This document shows positions 24,219-35,589 of a stretch of DNA of 64,000 bases, in pieces (position 1 is the stretch's first letter; each line of letters begins with the position of its first letter). The DNA comes from Anaeramoeba ignava BMAN (lineage: Eukaryota > Protista > Anaeramoebae), in assembly GCA_028826165.1 (NCBI GenBank), contig JAPDFW010000063.1:620001-684000 (forward strand). The letters run 5' to 3'. The notes beneath the pieces are model-generated. The model saw only the letters and a list, made by a program, of their open reading frames with translations, was not told where the DNA came from and did no database searches. The translations under genes and the position numbers were made by a program.

Positions 24219-26558
24219 ATGAATCAAAATAATTTAAATTCAAACACACAAAAACCTCATTCAAAATCAAAATCAAATTCAAAATTAAAATCAAAATCAA
24301 AATCAAAATCAAAATCAAAATCAAAAAAATCAAAATCAAAATCAAAATCAAAATCAAAATCAAAATCAAAATCAAAATCAAAATCAAAATCAGAATCAGA
24401 TTCAGAATCAAAATCAAAATCAAAATCAAAATCAAAATCAAATCAAAATCAAATTCAAAACATAAATCAATTAAAACAAGTTTATAAAGCAATTAAAACA
24501 AATAATATTCAATTTTTTGATTCAATTTCAACTTTGAAAACAACAGAACAATTTGAAAAAGAAAATGAACCTTTTCTAAATTATGCTTTTGAAAATAAAT
24601 CAAAAAAAGAAATTATTCAAAAACTTATTGAAAAAGAAATTAACTTAAATTGGGTTGATAAATATCAAAATAATCCTTTACATATTGCTTTAGAAAATCA
24701 ATATCCAAAAGAAATTATTGAATTATTAATTTCCAAATGTTCTGATATTAATTCAAAAAATAAATGGAATGAAATACCTTTACATATTGCTTTGAAAAAT
24801 AAATATCCAAAAGAAATTATTAAATTATTATTTTCCAAAGAATCTGATATTAATTCAAAAAATAATGAAAATGAAATACCTTTACATATTGCTTTGAGAA
24901 ATAATTATTCAAAAGAAATTATTAAATTATTAATTTCCAAAGAATCTGATATTAATTCAAAAAATAAATGGAATGAAATACCTTTACATATTGCTTTGAA
25001 AAATCGATATCCAAATGAAATTATTGAATTATTAATTTCCAAAGAATTTATTATTAATTTAAAAAATAATGAAAATGAAATACCTTTATATATTGCTTTG
25101 AAAAATAAATATCCAAAAGAAATTATTAAATTATTAATTTCCAAAGAATCTAATATTAATTCACAAAATAAATGGAATGAAATACCTTTACATATTGCTT
25201 TGAAAAATAAATATCCAAAAGAAATTATTGAATTATTAATTTCCAAATGTTCTGATATTAATTTAAAAAATAAATGGAATGAAATACCTTTATATATTGC
25301 TTTGAAATACCAAAATTCAAATGAAATTATTGAATTATTAATTTCCAAAGGTTCTGATATTAATTTAAAAAATAAACTAAATGAAATAGCTTTACATATT
25401 GCTTTGAGAAATCAATATCCAAAAGAAATTATTGAATTATTAATTTCCAAATGTTCTGATATTAATTCAAAAAACAAACTAAATGAAATACCTTTACATA
25501 TTGCTTTGAAATACCAAAATTCAAAAGAAATTATTAAATTATTAATTTCCAAATGTTCTGATATTAATTCAAAAAACAAAATAAATGAAATACCTTTACA
25601 TATTGCTTTGAAAAATAAATATCCAAATGAAATCCAAATTTTATTAATGAGAGATTTGAATATTTTTGAATTGAAAGAAAATGAAATTAATCAAGAAATA
25701 ATTGATTTATTTCCAAAAATTTATTCATTTAATGATGATTTAAACAATTTTTTGAAATCAAATGAATTTAAAGATATTGAAATTAAAAGTAATGATGGTG
25801 AAATAATTAAAGCTCATAAACAAATTTTATTAATTAGATTTAATAATAATCAAACAATTTTAACAAGATTTATTAATATTTGCAGAAGAAAATCAAAAGA
25901 AATTATTCAATTTTCATTAAATTTTCTTTATACAGGATTTATTGATTTTGATAAATTTATTGAAAAATTTAATCAAAAATTTAATCAAAATGAAACACAA
26001 ATTGATTCAAACTCAAATTATCAATTTTTATTTTCAAATAAAATTGAAAAAATACAAAAAGAAGAACAAGAATTAATTTTAAATCAAATTGAAAATCAAA
26101 ATGAAAAATTTAAAACAGGATTAATTTATGATTTATTTGAAAAAACAGGATTTGATTTAAAATGGATTAAAGAAAAAGAAGGAATAAAAGGAATATTAAA
26201 AGATTTTGAACAATTTTATCAACAAAATGAAACTAAAGATTTTACAATAATTGTTGAAGAAAAAGAAATTAAAGTTCATAAATTAATATTACAAATAAGA
26301 AGTGAATTATTTAAAGGAATGTTTTTATTAAATGTTAATGATTTATCAAATCAAGTTCATGATTATTCAGAAAAATCATTTGAAACAATTAATCAATTAA
26401 TTTATTTTCTTTATAATGATAAAATTGATGAAACAAAAATAACACAAGAAAATATTGAAGAATTTAATGATTTAAAAGATTTTTATCAATTAAATCAAAA
26501 ATCAATTTTAGGATCTTATTTAGTTGATTATTATTCCAAATCTTTTTCAAAAAATTAA
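24219..26558 (+). CDS. Ankyrin-repeat (10 units) plus BTB-like protein, paralogue 2, intact 779 aa
   Basis: Uninterrupted ORF with N- and C-terminal regions nearly identical to paralogue 1. Confidence 0.92.
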   Translation: MNQNNLNSNTQKPHSKSKSNSKLKSKSKSKSKSKSKKSKSKSKSKSKSKSKSKSKSKSESDSESKSKSKSKSKSNQNQIQNINQLKQVYKAIKTNNIQFFDSISTLKTTEQFEKENEPFLNYAFENKSKKEIIQKLIEKEINLNWVDKYQNNPLHIALENQYPKEIIELLISKCSDINSKNKWNEIPLHIALKNKYPKEIIKLLFSKESDINSKNNENEIPLHIALRNNYSKEIIKLLISKESDINSKNKWNEIPLHIALKNRYPNEIIELLISKEFIINLKNNENEIPLYIALKNKYPKEIIKLLISKESNINSQNKWNEIPLHIALKNKYPKEIIELLISKCSDINLKNKWNEIPLYIALKYQNSNEIIELLISKGSDINLKNKLNEIALHIALRNQYPKEIIELLISKCSDINSKNKLNEIPLHIALKYQNSKEIIKLLISKCSDINSKNKINEIPLHIALKNKYPNEIQILLMRDLNIFELKENEINQEIIDLFPKIYSFNDDLNNFLKSNEFKDIEIKSNDGEIIKAHKQILLIRFNNNQTILTRFINICRRKSKEIIQFSLNFLYTGFIDFDKFIEKFNQKFNQNETQIDSNSNYQFLFSNKIEKIQKEEQELILNQIENQNEKFKTGLIYDLFEKTGFDLKWIKEKEGIKGILKDFEQFYQQNETKDFTIIVEEKEIKVHKLILQIRSELFKGMFLLNVNDLSNQVHDYSEKSFETINQLIYFLYNDKIDETKITQENIEEFNDLKDFYQLNQKSILGSYLVDYYSKSFSKN

Positions 26559-26657
26559 TTTTAATCAATAATTTTCATTTTTTCATTTTTCATTTTTTTC
26601 ATTTTTTCATTTTTTCATTTTAATTAATAAATCAAATTTAAATTTAATATAAAAAAA

Positions 26658-29600
26658 ATGAATCAAAACAATTTAAATTCAGAATCAGAATCAAAATCAA
26701 AATCAAAATCAAAATCAAAATCAATATCAAATTCAAAATCAAATTCAAAATCAAATTCAAAATCAAATTCAAAATCAAATTCAAATTCAAAATCAAAATC
26801 AAAATCAAATTCAAAATCAAATTCAAATTCAAATTCAAATTCAAAATCAAAATCAGAATCAAATTCAAATTCAAAATCAAAATCAAAATCAAAATCAAAT
26901 TCAAAATCAAAATCAAAATCAGAATCAAAATCAGAATCAGAATCAGAATCAAAATCAAAATCAAATTCAAATTCAAATTCAAATTCAAAATCAAATTCAA
27001 AATCAAATTCAAAATCAAAATCAAAATCAAAATCAAATTCAAAATCAAATTCAAAATCAAAATCAAATTCAAAATCAAATTCAAAATCAAATTCAAATTC
27101 AAAATCAAATTCAAATTCAAATTCAAAATCAAAATCAAAATCAAATTCAAAATCAAAATCAAAATCAAATTCAAAATCAAAATCAAATTCAAATTCAAAT
27201 TCAAAATCAAATTCAGATTCAAATTCAAAATCAAATTCAAATTCGAAATCAAATTCAAAATCAAAATCAAATTCAAATTCAAAATCAAAATCAAATTCAA
27301 AATCAAAATCAAATTCAAATTCAAAATCAAAATCAAATTCAAATTCAAATTCAAAATCAAAATCAAATTCAAATTCAAATTCAAAATCAAAATCAAAATC
27401 AAATTCAAAATCAAATTCAAAATCAAAATCAAAACCAAATTCAAATTCAAAATCAAAATCAAATTCAAATTCAAATTCAAAATCAAATTCAAATTCAAAA
27501 TCAGAATCAAATTCAGATTCAAATTCAAAATCAAATTCAGATTCAAATTCAAAATCAAATTCAAATTCGAAATCAAATTCAAAATCAAAATCAAATTCAA
27601 AATCAAAATCAAAATCAAATTCAAATTCAAATTCAAAATCAAATTCAAAATCAAAATCAAATTCAAAATCAAATTCAAATTCAAATTCAAAATCAAAATC
27701 AAAATCAAAATTCAAAATCAAAATCAAAATCAAATTCAAAATCAAAATCAAAATCAAATTCAAATTCAAAATCAAATTCAGATTCAAATTCAAAATCAAA
27801 TTCAAATTCGAAATCAAATTCAAAATCAAAATCAAATTCAAATTCAAAATCAAAATCAAATAAAAAATCAAATTCAGATTCAAATTCAAAATCAAATTCA
27901 AAATTCAAAATCAAAAAATCAAAATCAAAATCAAAATCAAATTCAAAATCAAAATCAAATTCAAATTCAAAATCAAAATCAAATTCAAATTCAAATTCAA
28001 AATCAAAATCAAATTCGAAAAAATCAAATTCAAAATCAAAATCAAAATCAAAATCAAATTCAAATTCAAAATCAAATTCAAAATCAAATTCAAATTCAAA
28101 ATCAAAATCAAATTTAAAATTCAAATTCAAAAATCAAAATCAAATTCAAATTCAAAATTCAAAAAAATCAAAAAATTAAAATCAAATTCAAATTCAAATT
28201 CAAATCTCAAAATCAAATCAAAAATCAAATTCAATTATTCAAAAAAATTCCAAATTCAAAATCAAAATCAAATTAAATCAAAATCAAAATTCAAAATCAG
28301 AAAATATCAAAATCAAATCAAAATCAAAACAAATTCTTTGGAAAATAAAAATCAAAAGAAATTTCAAATTCAAATTCAAAATCAAAATCAAAATCAAATC
28401 AAAATCAAAATCAAATTTAAATTCAAATTCAAATTCAAAATCAAAATCAAAAGAAATTCAAATTCAAAATTCAAATTCAAATTAAAATCAAAAAAAATTC
28501 AAAAAAATTCAAATTCAAAAATAAAATCAAATCAAATTATTGTTTTCAAAATCAAAATCAAAATCAAATTCAAATTCAAAATCAAAATCAAAGGTTCTGA
28601 AATCAAAATTCAAAAAAAATTCAAAATCAAAATCAAAATCAGAATCACAAATTGCAAATTAGAAAATAAAATTCAAAAGAAATTATTGAATTCAAATTTC
28701 AAATTAAAATTCAAATTCAAATTCAAATTCAAAAATCAAAATCAAATTCCAACTACAAATTCAAATTGAAAAATCAAAATCAAAAAGAAATTCAAAATCA
28801 AATTCAATTTCAAAAATCAAAATCAAATTCAAAAATAAATCAAAATGAAAGAATTTACAAATTCAAAATTCAAAATGAAAATAAAAATCCAAATCAAATT
28901 CAAATTAAATTTCCAAATTCAAATTCAAAATCAAAAATCAAAATGAAAATGAAAAATCAAAATCAAATTCAAAATCAAAATCAAAATCAAAATCAAATTC
29001 AAAATCAAATTTCAAATTCTAAAATCAAATTCAAAAATAATCAAATTGAAAATTCAAATTCAAAATAAAAATCAAATCAAATTCAAATCAAAAATCAAAA
29101 TCAAAAGGTTCAAAATCAAATTCAAAAATCAAAAGAAATACCTTTACATTTTGCTTTCAAAAAATCAAAATCAAAATCAAAATTCAAAATCAAAATCAAA
29201 GGTTCTGAAATTAATTCAAAAATTATCAAATTAAATTCAAACAAATTAACATCAAATTCAAATTGAAAAATAAAATCAAATTCAAATTCAAATTCAAAAA
29301 TCAAATTCAAAATCAAAAAAATCAAATTCAAACTCAAATTCAAAAATCAAATTCAAAATCAAATTCAAATCAAAATTGTTTTTGAAAAATAAAAATCAAA
29401 TGAAAAAATCAAATTATTAAATTCAAATTCAAAATCAAATTTCAAAAATCAAAATCAAATTCAAAATCAAAATCAAATTCAAAATCAAAATCAAATTCAA
29501 ATTCAAAATCAAATTCAAATTCAAATTCAAAATCAAATTCAAAATCAAAATCAAATTCAAAATCAAAATCAAATTCAAATTCAAAATCAAATTCAAATTC

Positions 29601-31934
29601 AAATTCAAAATCAAAATCAAAATCAAATTCAAAATCAAATTCAAAATCAAATTCAAAATCAAAAACAAAACATAAATCAAATCAAAATCAAAATCAAAAC
29701 ATAAATCAAAACATAAATCAAAACATAAATCAATTAAAACAAGTTTATAAAGCAATTCTAAAAAATAATATTCAATTTTTTGATTCAATTTCAACTTTAA
29801 AAACAACAGAACAATTTGAAAAAGAAAATGAACCTTTTCTAAAATTTGCTTTTGAAAATAAATCAAAAAAAGAAATTATTCAAAAACTTATTGAAAAAGA
29901 AAATAATTTAAATTGAGTTGATAAATATCAAAATAATCCTTTACATATTGCTTTAGAAAATCAATATCCAAATGAAATTATTGAATTACTAATTTCCAAA
30001 GGATCTGATATTAATTCAAAAAATAAATGGAATGAAATACCTTTACATATTGCTTTGAAAAATCAATATCCAAATGAAATTATTGAATTATTAATTTCCA
30101 AAGAATCTGATATTAATTCAAAAAATAAATGGAATGAAATACCTTTACATATTGCTTTGAAAAATAAATATCCAAATGAAATTATTGAATTATTAATTTC
30201 CAAAGGATCTGATATTAATTTAACTTTTGAAAAAATTGGGTTGATAAATATCAAAATAATCCTTTACATATTGCTTTGAAAAATAAATATCCAAATGAAA
30301 TTATTGAATTATTAATTTCCAAAGGTTCTGATATTAATTCAAAAATAATGGATGAAATACCTTTACATATTGCTTTGAAAAATAAATATCCAAATGAAAT
30401 TATTGAATTATTAATTTCCAAAGGTTCTGATATTAATTCAAAAAATAACAAATGAAATACCTTTACATATTGCTTTGAAAAATAAATATCCAAAAGAAAT
30501 TATTGAATTATTAATTTCCAAAGGTTCTGATATTAATTCAAAAAATATCAAAATGAAATACCTTTACATATTGCTTTGAGAAAATAAATATCCAAAAGAA
30601 ATTATTGAATTATTAATTTCCAAAGGTTCTGATATTAATTCAAAAAATAAATGGAATGAAATACCTTTACATATTGCTTTGAAAAATAAATATCCAAATG
30701 AAATTATTGAATTATTAATTTCCAAAGGTTCTGATATTAATTCAAAAAATAATGAGAATGAAATACCTTTACATATTGCTTTGAAAAATCAATATCCAAA
30801 AGAAATTATTAAATTATTAATTTCCAAAGGTTCTGATATTAATTCAAAAAATAATCAAAATGAAATACCTTTACATATTGCTTTGAAAAATAAATATCCA
30901 AAAGAAATTATTGAATTATTAATTTCCAAATGTTCTGATATTAATTCAAAAAATAATGAAAATGAAATACCTTTACATATTGCTTTGAAAATAAATATCC
31001 AAATGAAATCCAAATTTTATTAATGAGAGATTTGAATATTTTTGAATTGAAAGAAAATGAAATTAATCAAGAAATAATTGAATTATTTCCAAAAATTTAT
31101 ACATTTAATGATGATTTAAACAATTTTTTGAAATCAAATGAATTTAAAGATATTGAAATTAAAAGTAATGATGGTGAAATAATTAAAGCTCATAAACAAA
31201 TTTTATTAATTAGATTTAATAATAATCAAACAATTTTAACAAGATTTATTAATATTTGCAGAAGAAAATCAAAAGAAATTATTCAATTTTCATTAAATTT
31301 TCTTTATACAGGATTTATTGATTTTGATAAATTTATTGAAAAATTTAATCAAAAATTTAATCAAAATGAAACAAATGATTCAAATTCAAATTATCAATTT
31401 TTATTTTCAAATAAAATTGAAATTGAAAAAATACAAAAAGAAGAACAAGAATTAATTTTAAATCAAATTGAAAATCAAAATGAAAAATTTAAAAAAGGAT
31501 TAATTTATGATTTATTTGAACAAACAGGATTTGATTTAAAATGGATTAAAGAAAAAGAAGGAATAAAAGGAATATTAAAAGATTTTGAACAATTTTATCA
31601 ACAAAATGAAACTAAAGATTTTACAATAATTGTTGAAGAAAAAGAAATTAAAGTTCATAAATTAATATTACAAATAAGAAGTGAATTATTTAAAGGAATG
31701 TTTTTAAGTGTTAATGATTTATCAAATCAAGTTCATGATTATTCAGAAAAATCATTTGAAACAATTAATCAATTAATTTATTTTCTTTATAATGATAAAA
31801 TTGATGAAACAAAAATAACAAAAGAAAATATTGAAGAATTTACTGATTTAAAAGATTTTTATCAATTAAATCAAAAATCAATTTTAGGATCTTATTTACT
31901 TGATTATTATTCCAAATCTTTTTCAAAAAATTAA
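26658..31934 (+). CDS. Ankyrin-repeat (~11 units) plus BTB-like protein, paralogue 3, with a ~3-kb N-terminal microsatellite expansion; disrupted (pseudogene or poor assembly)
   Basis: Same MNQNNLNS start and same C-terminal ~300 aa. TGA replaces TGG at ~29914; multiple frameshifts. Confidence 0.7.
26678..29730 (+). repeat. (TCAAAA/TCAAAT)n hexamer expansion, clean to ~27900 and degenerate/mosaic to ~29450
   Basis: Directly visible; encodes (SK/SN)n in frame with ATG 26658. Confidence 0.9.
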
Positions 31935-32018
31935 TTTTAATCAATAATTTTCATTTTTTCATTTTTCATTTTTTCATTTTTTTTCATTTTTTCATTTTTT
32001 CATTTTTTTTAAAAAATA

Positions 32019-32594
32019 ATGAATAAAAAAATAATAATTCCAGGAGAAAGAATTGGAAAAGCAAGTGAATATGAATCAGGAAAAGGAACTTATATTAACA
32101 ACAATTACATATATTCATCACAATTAGGGAAAATTAAAATAGAAAGCAAACAAACAGGGAAAAAAATAATTGAGATTGAAAATAAACAAGAAACAGCAAT
32201 TTCAAAAATACCCAAAATTGGGGATAAAGTTACATGCAAAGTTATTAAGATAAATCCACGATTAATTAAGGTTCATATTTATTGTGTTGAAGAAAAACAA
32301 TTGAATGAACCATTTTTTGGAATAATTTTAACTCATGATATAAAATCTACAGAAATTGATAAAATTAAAGTTGAAAATTGTTTTAAACCTAATGATGTTA
32401 TTTTGGCTGAAGTCATTTCTCTTGGAGAAAGTAGATCTTTTAGTTATTATTTATCAACTGCTAAAGATGATTTAGGTGTTATTTTGTCAATTAATTCTGA
32501 TGGTTTTTTTTTATTTCCTTATTCTGATTCTGAAATGATTTGTCATGAAAATCAATCAAAAGAAAAAAGAAAAGTTGCAATTTTAAAAAAATAG
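32019..32594 (+). CDS. CSL4: Exosome complex component CSL4 (EXOSC1)
   Basis: IIPGERIG..GKGTY..IYSS..G, IPKIGDKVTCKV, CFKPNDVILAEVISLG, YYLSTAKDDLGV, EKRKVA. Confidence 0.93.
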   Translation: MNKKIIIPGERIGKASEYESGKGTYINNNYIYSSQLGKIKIESKQTGKKIIEIENKQETAISKIPKIGDKVTCKVIKINPRLIKVHIYCVEEKQLNEPFFGIILTHDIKSTEIDKIKVENCFKPNDVILAEVISLGESRSFSYYLSTAKDDLGVILSINSDGFFLFPYSDSEMICHENQSKEKRKVAILKK

Positions 32595-32654
32595 AAAATA
32601 AAATTTTTAAATTTAAATTTTTTCATTTTTTCTCTTCCTTTTTAAAAAGAAAAA

Positions 32655-35575
32655 ATGTTTTTAAATTCAAATAAATTTAATTCTTTATTTCCAAATTTTA
32701 AATTTCAAAAAAATCTTTCTTATGAAATTTCTTCTAATCAATTATTAATAAATTCAAAAAATTTAATAATTTCAAATGAAAATTTTTATTCAATAAAAAG
32801 AAATGTAAATTAAAAAATTAATCAAAAAATCAAAATTATAAATAAAAAATAAAAAAATAAAAATAAAAAATAAAGAATAAAGAAATTTCTGTTTTTGATA
32901 TTCAAAAAAATCAAGAAATATCAATAATAAATTCAAATCAAAATAAATTTACAGATATGTGTTTTTCAAATTGGGATGATCAATTTTTAATAACATCAAA
33001 TGAATCTAAAATAAAAGTAAAAACAAAAAAATTTTTTTGCTTTTTTAAAAAATTTATTTTTAATCTAAAAAAAAAAAAAAGGGTTGGAAAATTAATCCAA
33101 AAAATCAATCAAAACCATTTAATAGATCAAAAAAAATTTATCCAATTTTTGATCTAAATGCTCATAATAAAGAAATTACTTCATTTTCTTTTCATCCTTC
33201 TTGTTCCAATTTATTTGCTTCTTCTTCTTTTGATAATTCTTTTAAAATTTGGGATTTAAATCAACAAGAAACAGTTTTAGATATAAATTCTCTTGAAAAT
33301 TCATTATTAAATTTTGTTTGGAATTTTAATGGTTCACAAATTATTTCAATTTTTGAAAATAATTTTTTTGGATTATTTGATCCAAGAAAAAAAAATTTCC
33401 CAGATTTTATTCATGAATTATATTATATTCCTTCAAGAATTTGTTGGCTTGGAAATTCTGAAATGTTTTTAATTACAGGAAAACAAAATGATTTTTTAAG
33501 TTTTTCCATTTATGATTCTCGAAAACTTGAAAATCAACCAATTCAATCTTTTGAAATTATTGAATCTCAAAAAAATAATCTTATTCTTCCTTTTTTTGAT
33601 CAAGATTCTGGTTTGATTTTTATTGCTCCAATGGATGAAAAATTGATTTCAGTTTTTCATTTACAAAATTCTTTTCCTTTTACAATTCAACTTCCAAATT
33701 TTAATGATTTTTTTCAACATCAAATTGGATTAACTTTATTACCTAAAAAAATTGTTAATATTTCTCAATTTGAAATTGTTCGTTTTCTTCAACTTTCACA
33801 AGAAAAAGTTTCTTCAATATCTTTTCAAATTCCTTCAAAAGTAACTTTTCTAAAAAGAAAAAAATTTATTAAACAAAAAAATTAATTCTAAATTTTTTAT
33901 TCCACTTTTTTTTTTTCAAATTTTTTCATAATAATAAATTAAGAATTTTTTATTTGATCCAAATAAGAAAAAAGAATATTATTCAAAATTTTCAAATAAT
34001 AAACCTTCAATATCAAAAGAAGATTGGTTAAAAGGATTAAATAAAGATCCAAATTTTATTGAATTTTTTAATGAAAATGAAAATTTAACGAAAAATGTTT
34101 ATCAAATAAAAAGAGAAGAAGATTTACAAAAAATTCAAGATAAACAAAAGGAAAATATTCCAAAAATTAAAGAATCAAAAAAAAAACAACCAAAATTAAA
34201 TCAATATCAATCAAAAGTTAAACATACATTTTTAACAAGATCATCTCAAATGCAAAGTTTTTTTGGATTTGAAACTTTGAAAAAAGAAATTAATCAAAGC
34301 AATCATTTAACTTCAAATTCAGAATATTTTGTAACTCATGATTCAAATCAAGAAGGGAATCTTCGAATATTTAATATTAATAAATTTGGAGAAAATTCAG
34401 AAAATAACAAAATTTTTTCAACAATTAATGCTCATGATTTTTCAATTACAGATTTTAATTTATCAAAAACAAACCCTTCTTTATTATTAACATCATCTTC
34501 TCAATCACAAGAAATTAAACTTTGGAAAATATCTTCATTATCAGAAAATCCTTTTTCAAATGTTAATTCTGAAATGATTTATGATCCAAAAAATCAAGAA
34601 AATATTGTTTTAATTAAATTTCATCCTTTAGCTCAAGATGTATTTGCTTCTGGATATCTAAATCACAATATTAAGCTTTGGGATGTTTCTGAAAGTTTTC
34701 CTAAATTGCAATTTGATGCTGGAGAGGATAAAGGAGATTTATTAGATTTTGAATTTAATTGCAATGGATCTTTAATTTCAACAATTTCAAAAAATGGAAT
34801 AATCCAAATTTTTGATCCAAGATCATCAGAAATATCACAAAATACAAATTATAATGAAAAGAGAGAAGTAGCAAGAATTTGTTGGCTTGGGAATTCAGAT
34901 CAAATTCTAATTACAAACATGTCAAAATTAATAGGACAAGAATTTTATTTATTTGATTTAAGAAAATTTGAAATTCCAATTAAAAAGGGAGTTTTTTCAA
35001 GTAATCAAACAATGATTTTACCATTTTTTGATCAAGCAACAAATTTAATTTTTTTAGCAGAAATTGGATCTGTTATTCGATATTATGAAATTGTTTCTGA
35101 TTCTGAATTTTTACATTTTATTTCTGAATATCAATCACCAATTCAATTTTATTCAATAAATCAACTTCCAAAAACAATTTGTGATTTCAAAGAAGTTGAA
35201 ATTGATCGTTTCTTAACTGTTTCAAATGATTCTATTGAATTTATTAAAGCTCATGTTTTTAGAACCAGAAAAGAATATTTTCAAGATGATCTTTTTCCAC
35301 TTTTTCCTTCTAATCAAATTTCAACTTTAAATTCTCAAGATTATTTTAAAGGTTTAAATTCAAATCCTGTTTTGATTTCTTTAAAACCTGATGATATGAT
35401 TCCTTTAAGTCAAGCTCCTGAGAAAATTGAAAATGAAATGATTGAGAAAAAAGAAGAAGAAGAAATTAATGATGATTTTGTTTTAAAAAAATGGTCTGAA
35501 GTTATTAGTTTATATGAAGAAGAACCAAAAGAGAATTTAAAGAATATAATTGAAGATTTTGAATGGGATGATTAA
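32655..35575 (+). CDS. CORO7: Tandem (double) coronin, coronin-7-like; three short introns
   Basis: Two coronin WD40 units (FHPS/FHPL, FDPR, RICWLG, LPFFDQD/LPFFDQA, EIVRF/EIDRF), RKEYFQDDLFP and acidic C-terminal EDFEWDD. Confidence 0.82.
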
Positions 35576-35589
35576 TTTTCAAAATTTTA

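Noticed and set aside
17984-29916. In-frame stops (TAA 17984, TAA 20951, TGA ~29914) as evidence of a non-standard genetic code
   Set aside because: They correspond to different expected residues (probably Ser, Gln, Trp), occur only in repetitive paralogues, and TAA, TGA and TAG all terminate conserved genes normally.
20950-30493. Antisense ORFs ([14 protein letters not shown]...) over the ankyrin arrays
   Set aside because: Stop-free reverse frame of the 102-bp unit; no independent coding evidence.
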